From assembly GCA_012295275.1 (NCBI GenBank), contig CM022665.1, positions 2,232,001-2,296,000 of the forward strand: a stretch of 64,000 nt of DNA, written 5' to 3'. This DNA comes from Chrysomallon squamiferum (Eukaryota > Animalia > Mollusca). Made by a program: the position numbers and the translations under genes. Shown one piece after another: positions 11,503 to 22,100 of the stretch; the first letter of the stretch is position 1, and each line of letters starts with the position of its first letter. The notes under the pieces are model-generated. The model made no database searches and had not been told where the DNA came from. It worked only from the letters and a program-made list of their open reading frames with translations.

Positions 11503-11676
11503 GTAATGACAGTTCTAATTTTATTTAACAATGCAGTTTGGAAGAAATTATTAATTGTAAACGTATCATCCTTTACAAGAAACGTTGAACTGTTAAGGAT
11601 ACGGAATGGTGATTCGTACTTTGAATCTTCCTCCTGGCGAAAACAAAAACAAATGTACATCTAAATAAAAACGTCT

Positions 11677-11716
<40 letters not shown>

Positions 11717-12252
11717 ACAAACACACACATAAATACAGTTATTAATCTGATTTCAATTTTCCCTTAAAGCATTCATTTTTCGACTGTTTATTTGTTTTTC
11801 GAGATTGTTTATACAGAGTCAACTGATAATTTTAAACAGACAGTAGCGGAGACGAAGACACAATCATTAACAACAACAATATAATAATAATAAGAAGAAG
11901 AAAGAAGAAGAATTTAAATATATTTATATATCTAATTATTATTCATGACGTTGTTGGATAAAATGTGTTCGTAAGTTTGGGTGTATGCGTGCATGCTCAT
12001 GCAAGTGTTTGCCTGTGTGTACCCTTATATGGTGATTCTGGTGGTCCTTCTAAGACTGCTTCCCACACATGTAGATTGTCTGACTCCAGAGACACAGATA
12101 TTCCTGGTGGGGGAGATTTCTGGAGCGCCGCGAACTCCTTTTTCAGTCTGGAAACAAAAAAAAAGTCTTACAGACAGACAGATGGACAAAGAGCGAGTCA
12201 GATAGACAGGCAGACTGATATATAGATAGACTAACAGACAGAGATACAGACG

Positions 12253-12302
<50 letters not shown>

Positions 12303-12378
12303 CAGGTACGTATATAGGCAGTTAGGTACGTAGTTAGATATGGACGGATGGACACAGAGGCATACAGCCATATACAGA

Positions 12379-12415
<37 letters not shown>

Positions 12416-12515
12416 AGATACAGAGACAATTAGATGAAAACGTAACAAATAATTTATTTTCCGTATTGACTAATTACGTCACGACTAAATACTACTTTCT
12501 CAGCACACACACAAA

Positions 12516-12586
<71 letters not shown>

Positions 12587-13230
12587 GTCTCCTATTCTGT
12601 TACACGAATAGAGGTAATGATAGGTATGCGTGAACCCCAAAAAAAGTTTACTTTCATAATAAACTGACACTAGAATTCTCCCTACTCAGTTCTTAGAATC
12701 GTATCCGAATACATTTCTTTGAAAAACATATTTTATTTGTAATAGCGTAACTGTGCAATGCTGTGTCATGTTTATTTCAATCATTACAAATATTATATAT
12801 TAGAAAATAAATATCATTGCTTAAAAGAATATCAGTTTAATAAGTATCAGCTGAATAATAAATCTGTAAAGGAAGTCTTACGTGTAAATATTATTTCCGG
12901 GGAAAACCCAGGAGTTTAACCTTTGACATTAATTTTATAATTTATGTTGGCTAATAAGAATAAAAAAAATACACATTTATATCTACATTGTATATAAACA
13001 AAGAACGCTGAACAGAATACGTTATTTACGATTTATTTGTTTATTTGTTTATTTATTTATTTATTTTAATAACAGAAAAGGAATTTTTGCACTTTATATT
13101 CGCTGTTTCAGAGTGCGGTGAAAATCCAGTACTGTACGTATGGAACAAATATTTAAACATTAAAATATTTAAACAATAATTTGTAACATACTTACCTGTT
13201 AGCGTATTGCCGTTCTAGCAGGGTGCTCAT
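10854..13230 (-). CDS. Divergent ubiquitin-conjugating enzyme (E2/UBC fold), 157 aa
   Basis: Exons 13230-13196, 12147-12023, 11633-11603, 11374-11347, 11108-10854 sum to 474 nt: MSTLLERQYANRLKKEFAALQKSPPPGISVSLESDNLHVWEAVLEGPPESPYKGGRFKVRITIPDGYPMEPPLIHFITSIYHLNVSQSCGQVCLGFLSTDNWQATNNVEQILRALFSLLIKPEVENSF...SSIKG*. UBC motifs RLxKE, W..GP..SPY.GG.F, YPxxPP, HxN and the catalytic Cys (11049-11051) are all present. Confidence 0.9.
11375..11602 (-). other. U12-type (minor spliceosome) GT-AG intron in the E2 gene
   Basis: 5' end GTATCCTT matches the U12 donor consensus. A branch-like TTTCCTGAG (11396-11388) lies about 14 nt before the AG. Splicing joins ITIP to DGYPMEPP and removes in-frame stops on both sides. 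Confidence 0.8.
12165..12583. repeat. Microsatellite cluster (GACA/GATA, GT, GA) in E2 intron 1
   Basis: (GATA)n about 12253-12302, (GT)n about 12382-12412, (GA)n about 12519-12583. Confidence 0.9.
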
Positions 13231-13679
13231 TGTTACTTATTTCACTTTAATCGACCGTTCCTTGGAAAATGAATCATAGGTTTTCCCTCACTGATCTAGT
13301 GGATTTTTCCTCGAAAAACAGTATGGTAATGAATATTTAAAGGTCTTACCTTATTTGTGTTGTAGGGGAGGCGACCTCTAGTTAAATCTTTCTATGTTTA
13401 ATGAAATCTGAATACTGAGGATGATGACGATGATGTTAAATCAAGAGAATATATACAAATATGCCACAGTTCCATAAATCTCTATCTCTCAGCTTTTCAT
13501 ACTTGAATATGAAATCAAGATTTTGAAACTCTTACACACATATAGATTTATTAGACTCGACATATCACCCGTCCCCGCCCACACCTAATTAACATAATAA
13601 TCACGTAAGAGGTTTGTTTTTCCGAGAATCGGAGATTACCAAGAAGTGTCAGTCTGGAAGTGAACACTGAGGTGGCGCG
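13231..13679. promoter_or_regulatory. Putative bidirectional promoter shared by the E2 gene and UBL-RBR paralog 2
   Basis: 449 bp between divergent ATGs. kB-like GGTTTTCCC (13279-13287) and GGATTTTTCC (13301-13310); GAS-like TTCCTCGAA (13307-13315) and TTCCGAGAA (13620-13628); GC box CCCCGCCC near 13573. A further GGGGAAAACCC lies at 12899-12909 in E2 intron 1. Confidence 0.6.
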
Positions 13680-15512
13680 ATGTCTGATCAGAATACCTGG
13701 CAGCTGTTTCTGAAAGGTTTGCAAGGAAAAACAACACTGATCGAAATTCATAAGGTAATACAGAGATAATATTTTTTAAATTATTATTTTCTTTGCCTAA
13801 TTTCTTTCTGTATGGATTTTTTTTACTATTATTATTATTATTATTATTATTATATGATCATTTATTTGTAGGATGCTTCGGTGGATGAACTGCTTAGGAA
13901 GATATCAAAAATGAATGGAATCCCTGTTGAAACTCAAAGAGTTCTGTACACATGTAAGATAAAAATGTGTTAAACCCACAACTTTTTATAAGAAAAAAAA
14001 GAAAAAAAAAAAGATTGTATTTATTATTATTTTGTTGTTGTTACTGTATGAGGAGGGTGGGAGAAAGAGGAGATGTAATACAGTGTTTGTAATAAATGCA
14101 CTTTACATTCTTTTTATATTTCTTGACTAGTTACTAGTTTGTTGTTATTATTGTGAACATTTCACTTTGATCACAAAGGTGTAAAGTTTTCAAATAAATT
14201 TTAAACTGAGTAAATTATGCAGTGGACAAAATTCTTCTTTCTTAAGTAAAATGAAACAAAAGCAATGAATCTATCTGCTTGGAAGCTTTGTTTGCATTTA
14301 GTTAATTCATTAGATCTTGATGTCAATAATGAGAAACCATTTGTTAAATTTTGTTGATTCTTTGATGCAGCTAGACAACTGGAATATGGAAAAAACAAAT
14401 TTATGACAGATTATAAGATACAGAATGAGTCGAATTTGTTTGTGGTTCTGCGACTGAAAGGTGGTTCTAATGTTCCACCAAAGGAGTTGGATGAAGATGT
14501 GGAACTTACTGACCTGCCTGACATGATCTCCTGGGATGATGACCCAGAAAACAAACGAGCAAAAATGCCTTGTGGACATGCCATAGGTCTAAATTTCATT
14601 TTTGTTTTTAACTTCATCTTTTTTCTTCTCGTCTATTAAAAATATTGGATATACTTAATTTGAAAAAAAACCCATCTCTGTTTTAAAATGTCTTAATTCA
14701 GTATTTTTCTTTTATTCAGCAGCTTAATCTTGTAAAACAACATATATTTTACCATTGTCATTTTAATTGGGTGTTCAGTTAATTCTGCAAAATTACAGGT
14801 TCAGACATGGTAAATCTTATTTTTTCTGCCCATTTTCTTACAGTATTTATGTGTTTGTTTTATAATATGTTGTAGGTCCAGAATCACTCACAGCTTATTG
14901 TCGCAGTTTGCTGGATGCTGGAAAGTATCGTTTTCTTTGTCCATACATGGATGACAACAGCTACTGTGGTAAGGAATGGGCATACTTCACTGTTCGTCGC
15001 TTGGCCGTATTAACAAAAGATGAGAAAAAAATCTTTGAAAACAAGATCACTGAAAACTACCTGCGTAAAGCATGTGGAATACAAGAATGTCCAAAATGCC
15101 ACTGCTTTTGTGAAAGAATAGACAAAAAAGATCGAAGAGTTATCTGCCCATTTTGCTCTAAAGATGGAGAGCTGTATGAATTCTGCTGGTATTGTCTCCA
15201 TCAGTGGAGAAGCAGTGAAACGCAAGAATGTGGAAACAAAGAGTGTTCAAAGGAAGACCCACGACTGAAGATTCTTCATAATGCTCCAAAAAAACCATTG
15301 TTGGAGTTAGCAACTGTCCTTCAAGAAGATCCTGTCCTTCCTGTGGAATGATACTTGAGCATGAGAAAGCCTGCAAACACATGATCTGTCCTTGTGGCCA
15401 GAATTTCTGTTTCATCTGTCTGAAGAAAGCAGTCAATGGTAATTACCAGTGTGGATCCTACAACAGTCCCTGCACAATAGCTGAAATTCAGAAAACCATT
15501 CCTGGGTGTTAA
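13680..15512 (+). CDS. Ubiquitin-like domain-RBR E3 ligase, paralog 2 (about 336 aa once a 1-nt frameshift in the A7 run at 15288-15294 is corrected)
   Basis: Exons 13680-13754, 13872-13953, 14371-14586, 14876-15512 have the same intron positions and phases as paralog 1. The UBL ends VVLRLKGG. The exon sum is 1010 nt, one short of a codon multiple; adding one A restores KKTIVGVSNCPSRRSCPSCGMILEHEKACKHMICPCGQNFCFICL..IPGC*, collinear with paralog 1. Confidence 0.85.
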
Positions 15513-15578
15513 CTGGCAGTACACAGTTTATGACAAACACTTTCTTGCTTTATGCTTGTTTAAACAAAGATAATCATA

Positions 15579-15693
15579 TCCGGACTGAGCTTTTTTTCTC
15601 TTAACTCCTAATATTCAGTTTTATGAGTATTTTAAACCGGACTGAGCTTTTTTTCTCTTAACTCCTAATATTCAGTTTTATGAGTATTTTAAA
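15579..15693 (+). repeat. Tandem duplication of about 57 bp in the 3' UTR region of paralog 2
   Basis: ccggactgagcttttttt(t)ctcttaactcctaatattcagttttatgagtattttaaa occurs twice in a row. Confidence 0.9.
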
Positions 15694-16177
15694 TCAGTAT
15701 ATTTTTAACTAGCAACTATTTCAAGAATATTATTTTATTTTGCTTAATATGTAGAAATTGTTTATTAAAAATTTCTGGTCAATAAAGATTTTTATTCAGT
15801 CTTCAAATTATTGTTATCATCTTACTTTTTAGATATTACATTATTTAGTTTTTAACTCTTCCTTCATATTTCAGATTATCAGTCATATTTTTAACATCAG
15901 TGATGTCATTATTAAGAAAATTATAATGTAAGAAAATGTAGCTGTTATTCATTTTTTAAAACTTTGTATAGTATCTGATTCCCAAGAAGAAGAAGAAAAA
16001 AATAAATGAATTCTGATATTAATTAACTTATTAAATTTAATTTTAAACTTGCAGATGGTATATTTAACATACAGAACAAAATTTGTTATCATTTGGGTTC
16101 CTGTTATATATTTTTTTCACTTTACAGTCACAGGTGCATTCAAAGAAGTACAAAAACAAACATGATTTTTAAAACAG

Positions 16178-19100
16178 TTATTGAGATTTAATAAACGTTC
16201 TGTGTCTGTTGATAATTTTTTCAATACTCTTTTTGTCATTGTCTTGTGGTTCCATTTCAATGAACAGTTTGAAATGATAGACAACTTTGTCAGAGAGCTG
16301 TCGTTTCTTCAGCTGTGTTTTCTTGTTAGCCAACCAATCACATATGATAGCAAAATTACGGTGCCAATGTGCAGGAACCTTCCTGGGAGTTTTCTCATAC
16401 GGTTTCAAAGCTGACACATACATCTGTGACCAGAGACAGTTATATAAATCAGAAAAATGGCATGTAACTTTAATACAGTTAAATAAATCAGAAAAATGGC
16501 ATGTAACTTTAATACAGTTAAATAAATCAGAAAAATGGCGTGTATCTTTAATACAGTTAAATAAATCAGAAAAATGGCATGTAACTTTAATACAGTTAAA
16601 TGAGAAAAGGTAATTTATAAAACCCCATATCACCAAAAACAAACAAAAGATAAATAAATTAATTCATTCATTCATTAATAATCAAGAAAAAATACATTAA
16701 ACATTTTTTTTTAAATGATAAAATCTAAAGAGAAATGAAATAAATAGTAAATTGGTATTAACTAATTTCTTAATACAGGTTATTAGTCACCTTCATAAAC
16801 AAATATTAACTGTACTTTTAGATATATACGCACTGTTTTATTTATAGTTGTTTTATATTGTATTTAAATCTTTGGCTGTAAAATGAAATGTCAATACCTC
16901 ATAAGATGTAGTCATTAAAGGAATGGATTCCTCTTCAGATTTCATGTTTAGTGCCAGTTCCAGCAAATGGAAAGCAGTAGCAATCCTGACACAATAAAAA
17001 TTTGAATTTCTTATTAAAAAAATATATAGTTTCTTAAAGTAATTTTTTTAAACAAATTCAGCTAAAACTTACAGAGTGAAAAAGAGAAGAATGAAAGCAA
17101 AAGATACAGATAGAGAGTGAATATAATTGTTATTTTAAAGGTGGTATGGTTATTCTAAAACAGATTTTTTTATTAAAACTGAAAATAAAAGATAAATAAA
17201 TATAGGATGAGGTTTCTACTTAACTAATATGAAAAGATTGCAGATTAAATTTCTTAAACTAACACATGAGTATCTGCTTGTCTGATATAATATATTTGTT
17301 ACTGTACACCTTTGCAGTTTGCTGTGAAAAGATTTTTTTGTTGATGGTTATTATCGATGTTGTTGTAAATGAATCCTTGATAAAAGAAGCAGCAGCAGTA
17401 GTAGTAATAATAGTATTTGTAATAGTAACTGAAGTATTAGTACTAATAGTAGTTGTTGTAGTAGCCAAAGTAAGATATGTAGAAATAATATCAGTAACAA
17501 TAGCAGTAGTAGTGATGGTAGAACTAGCAATGGTGGTGGTGTTGCCAGTAGCAGCAGTTGTAGTGATGATAGTGGAAGTGGGTGGTGGTGGTGATGGTGG
17601 TGATGGTGATGGTGATGGTGATGTGGTGATGGTAGTGAAGGGAGTAATGGAGGTGAGAGTGATAGTAATCACAGTAGTGGTGGTAGCTGTAGTAGCAGCA
17701 GTAGTAGTAGTAACAGTAGTGGAAGTGGTGATGTGAGTTATGATGGCATCTTACTTGGCATGCCACATCTGTTCAGTGGCAATTTGTTCCCAGGATGATG
17801 CTGGAAATCTGTTAACAGAACAAAATAAACAATGACTGAAAAGTAAGTCACATAGGAATGAGTTTGATTATAACATGGTTAGTAAACATTTTCCTACAAC
17901 ATTAGAAACAGATAAACATATCAAGAAAATCTCAGCAATGTTTTAAAATGATAAATTGTCTGTTTCCTAACAGCATCTTATATGAATGCCTTTCTCAACA
18001 ATCCATCATATACTCACCCATAGAAATCATATTTCCAGTCCATGCCAATGTTTTTAGTCTGTTGCACCCATTCCAGGATGTTGACATTTTCATCCTTTCT
18101 GACAATCCTGTGACAAGTACCATGTGGCCATAAATCATAATAGTTCTTCCACGATGGATCTTGATCTTGAATCCCAATACATGTAAATATTGGTCTCCTG
18201 CAAAAAAAATGTAAATAACAGACAAGAAGTTAAAATATTTTAAACTAAATCCTAAGTCTTAAACATAAAACCTAATCTTAATCTTCTGGACTGCCTTTAA
18301 AGTGCAGTATGACATGGGTTTTTTCTCTCTAATATCTTAATCTCAGTTGACAGCCAACAGGTTTACATATGGTTCAAGATCATACAGATAAAAGAGAGGA
18401 ATAATACTGCCACCACATTAACTAAAAAAAAATTGTTTGGATTAGCAGCAAGGGAATGTTTATATTCACCTTCTCATAAACTGGTAAACATACACAATTA
18501 TAAACCAGTAATTATTTCTGGTGAAGAATGTTTACAGTTAACTGTGTCTTATGCAGTTAATTAGTACAATAATAAAAGATTAATAAAAACAAAATTCTGT
18601 AAAAATCACATCTAAACTTACTTATAATTCACATCCAATAGATGTTTAAAGTTGAAAGTTATCTTTCCATCAGACCGTTTTTCATTAAGAAGGTGGAAAA
18701 TGTCACCAGGGAATACAATCTTTGAGTGGAATTTTCCAGTCATAGCAAGAGACCATTCATAGGTCAAAATCTGCATCAGTAAATAATACTAAATATACCA
18801 ACAGTTCTGTTTCAAAGTTTGCTATGTTTGGTTTATAATATAAGGTTTAAGACATTCAGTAATAATTTTAAGAAGAGAGATTTAAAAGTTATAATCAATA
18901 CAGTGGGGTTTTTAAGATTCTTTTTTTTTCAATTCACATTTTTCATAAAATACAGTTCTGATAACATTCCCTCCTTAAGAGTCACTCAAACTATTATAAA
19001 ACTGTAAATCATAAAAATAAAGAACTATAAGAATATATGTGTGAAGGTCACCTGTTGATCAAAAATATCTATGTCTGGTCGAATATTTTCACACAAATGG

Positions 19101-22100
19101 AAGTATCTGTAAGAAGAAAATAATTTTAATTTAATCAGTTATTAACTTTCTAGGCCAGTTTGAAAGTCAGAAACATGCATAAGTGTCAGTTAAGTACTGT
19201 TTTAAAAAGAATTATTATGTCAGTTTATTATATTTATTCTACAAAAACACAGATTCACTTACTTCAAAGACGTAGCAGATAAATCACCCTCTGTCAACAC
19301 AATGCTTGATGCTGGCAAACTGTAGAGTACAGATTTAGCAAAATCTTCAATCACGAAGTTTCTTGTCTGATCACATGAAGAATAGTTTCTCTGCTGAAAA
19401 AATGTACGAAAGAAAAGCAATTAATACAAGAAATTAATAAATTAATAATAGTAACAGCAACAACAATCATAATAATAATAGTAGTAGTACTGGTAGTAGT
19501 AGTAGTTGTAGTAGTAGCAGTAGTAATAATAGTGGCAGTAGTAGTGGTAGTAGTGATAGTAGTAATCTTAATACATAAATTGTTTTTAACACTCTCCTTT
19601 TTAAATTATTTCAGAAAGTTATGAAATTATTTTCTAACTACTAATGGAGTGTTTACTTATCTATTGTCTTGCATAAACTGAAAATTGTTGTGTAAAGTAT
19701 TTTAAAAAGCATTTGGTTACTTATCAGCATAAAACAAAAATGTAACATTTTGTTAAAAAGTATCATTATATTATAGATGTTATTGAACACTGAAAACTAT
19801 TGATTACTGACTTTTTAATTTTCAAAACACATGTAAAACCATATGTAAAAAAATGTAACTAAGCAAATGCCATAGAGTTTATTTTCATTTTTAAAATTGT
19901 CATCTGTACAGCTAAAATGATAAATAAATGAAACAGACCCATAATTGAACAAACATAAAAAACCCTGCAAGTTCATGAGACTGTTTGTGTGTAGGGAACA
20001 CACAGTTATTTTTAAATTTTCTGTTAAACAATGGTTTATATTCAGTTTCTTCCTTTCTTTTTATTAATAAAAGTAGTAAAGTAATAATTATGAAATTGAC
20101 TTCAGACCAATACAAACATTCAGCCATATTTTTGACATTTAGTCATGAATTTTTCTATATTCACAACATTAAAATCCTTTACATTATTTATTAATAAAAT
20201 TAGTGAAATAATAATGGTTTTTGACCAATCAAACAAGTGCTTCAATTAAGTGCATGAATTTCTTAAAACTCACAATTTGAAAGACAACAACTGATACTGA
20301 AAGTACAATATCAAGCTTCCATTTGTTGAGTGGAATGTACTTGGAGATCAAACTATAAAACAGAAACAAAAACAAATTTTCTTCACACTAAATATCTGAA
20401 TGACAAAACATGAAATTTCTGTTATTTAAAAAATATGGTATAAACAGTTAATTTAAACTGACAGCCATTAAACAGAAGATTAAAAATTTGAAAAAGAGGG
20501 GCACCATCAACATAGTGGACATATGTTGCAAAAACAAATTTCATTATAAAGTAAAAAAAATAAATAAATAAAAGTGGACTGAAAATTATGCAATTAATAT
20601 AATAACAATAACAATAATAATAATAATAATGTAAAATGGAATAAAAATAATAAATAAATAAAATAAAGGAAAATTGGAAAAAATGTTGAAAATGTCTGTT
20701 CCTATCTTTTGCCCTCTTATCACTCTTTCTTTTTTCTTTTTAATTTTTTATTATTATTATATTTTTTTTTTACCAACCTTACTAAAAACTGGAAGGTTAC
20801 AGCCAGAAGAATAACCAGAACCAAATTACTCTGTATCCAGAATCTCTCTACCTGTAAACATTGAAACACAACAAACAGTACTGGTGTGGAAAATATCAGT
20901 GTAATTTTTAAGTGTTACCTATTCCTGCCTGTCATATAACATATTATTCCATAAAATATCTGGCTAATATTACAGACAAAAAGAAGAATACAAGACAACA
21001 AAAAATAATTTTATATAAAGCTATAGATTTACAGCTACAAAAGAAAACAAAAAAATAACAAGAAAAATATAGCTATTGTCAGTGAAAGCAAAATAAATAT
21101 TTAATTTTTTAAACAGCTGAAAGAAACAAAGAATGATAGTTTGCAATATACTGATAATTATTCTGATTATCGAGTAACACCATTTTACTCAACACTGTAG
21201 TAATTAATTCTGTTACATTTTGAAAAATTTAATTATTCATAAATTAAAAACTATAAACAACAGATTTATTCAAATGTGCCTGCTATCAACAAAATAAACT
21301 TCAAAATAAACTTAATATGAGAGAGATAATAGTACACACAAAATCTTACAACTCCTAGAAGTAGTGGATTATCTGTGTCCAGATTAGCTCTCCAGGCAAA
21401 GAAAACACCATAAAGTGAAAACATGAGAAAAAAAACACCAGTGACTCTGCAGTGATCAGTCACACACCTAAAAATTAGAAAAACATTGTGAACTTTTAAA
21501 ATATTTGACAAAGTTATTAAATGAAGTGGAGAGTGCAGTACATAATAAATGTATTTATATATACACACACATATTTATAAACTCAGTTGCAGAGATGTGC
21601 ATGCTTGTGTGTGTCTGATGGTGTGATTGTCTGTGTGTGTATATAATAAACATCTTTCATAGTACTCATGAAATTAAATTATAATTTTGCTTTTAATAAA
21701 TCAAAAAACAAAAAAATATAGATCTTCTGTGTACATGTCATAGTCATTTCTAAGTATATTAACATACATACAAAACATAAATCAATTACACTTTTGTGTT
21801 ATACTGATAATTGTACAAAGACAGGAGTTCTTTACAACTATAATCAAAATTAAATAAAACTTATAACTAACCTTTTATAAACAAGAACTACTGACAAACA
21901 TGCAAGTAGTAAACCTATACTAGAATATTCTGCTATTATGTGGTCTGTATATTTTCTGCAATAAAGAAAAGTTAATCTTGTTAAAGTAATAAATATTAAA
22001 AATGTTAAAATGCAGTGTTCAAATAATTATATATATGATCATCTTTTTCAAATTGGTCTGTAACAATTACCTTTATATTTGTTGTTGTTTGTTGGGTTTT

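Noticed and set aside
16436-16600. Regular repeats that could be mistaken for a CRISPR array or repeat protein
   Set aside because: Head-to-tail 39-bp units with no unique spacers, in a eukaryotic intron, with no cas genes.
17259-17766. ORFs of 137, 156 and 80 aa (mucin-like, poly-Val, poly-His)
   Set aside because: Translations of a trinucleotide low-complexity tract inside a TMEM260 intron.
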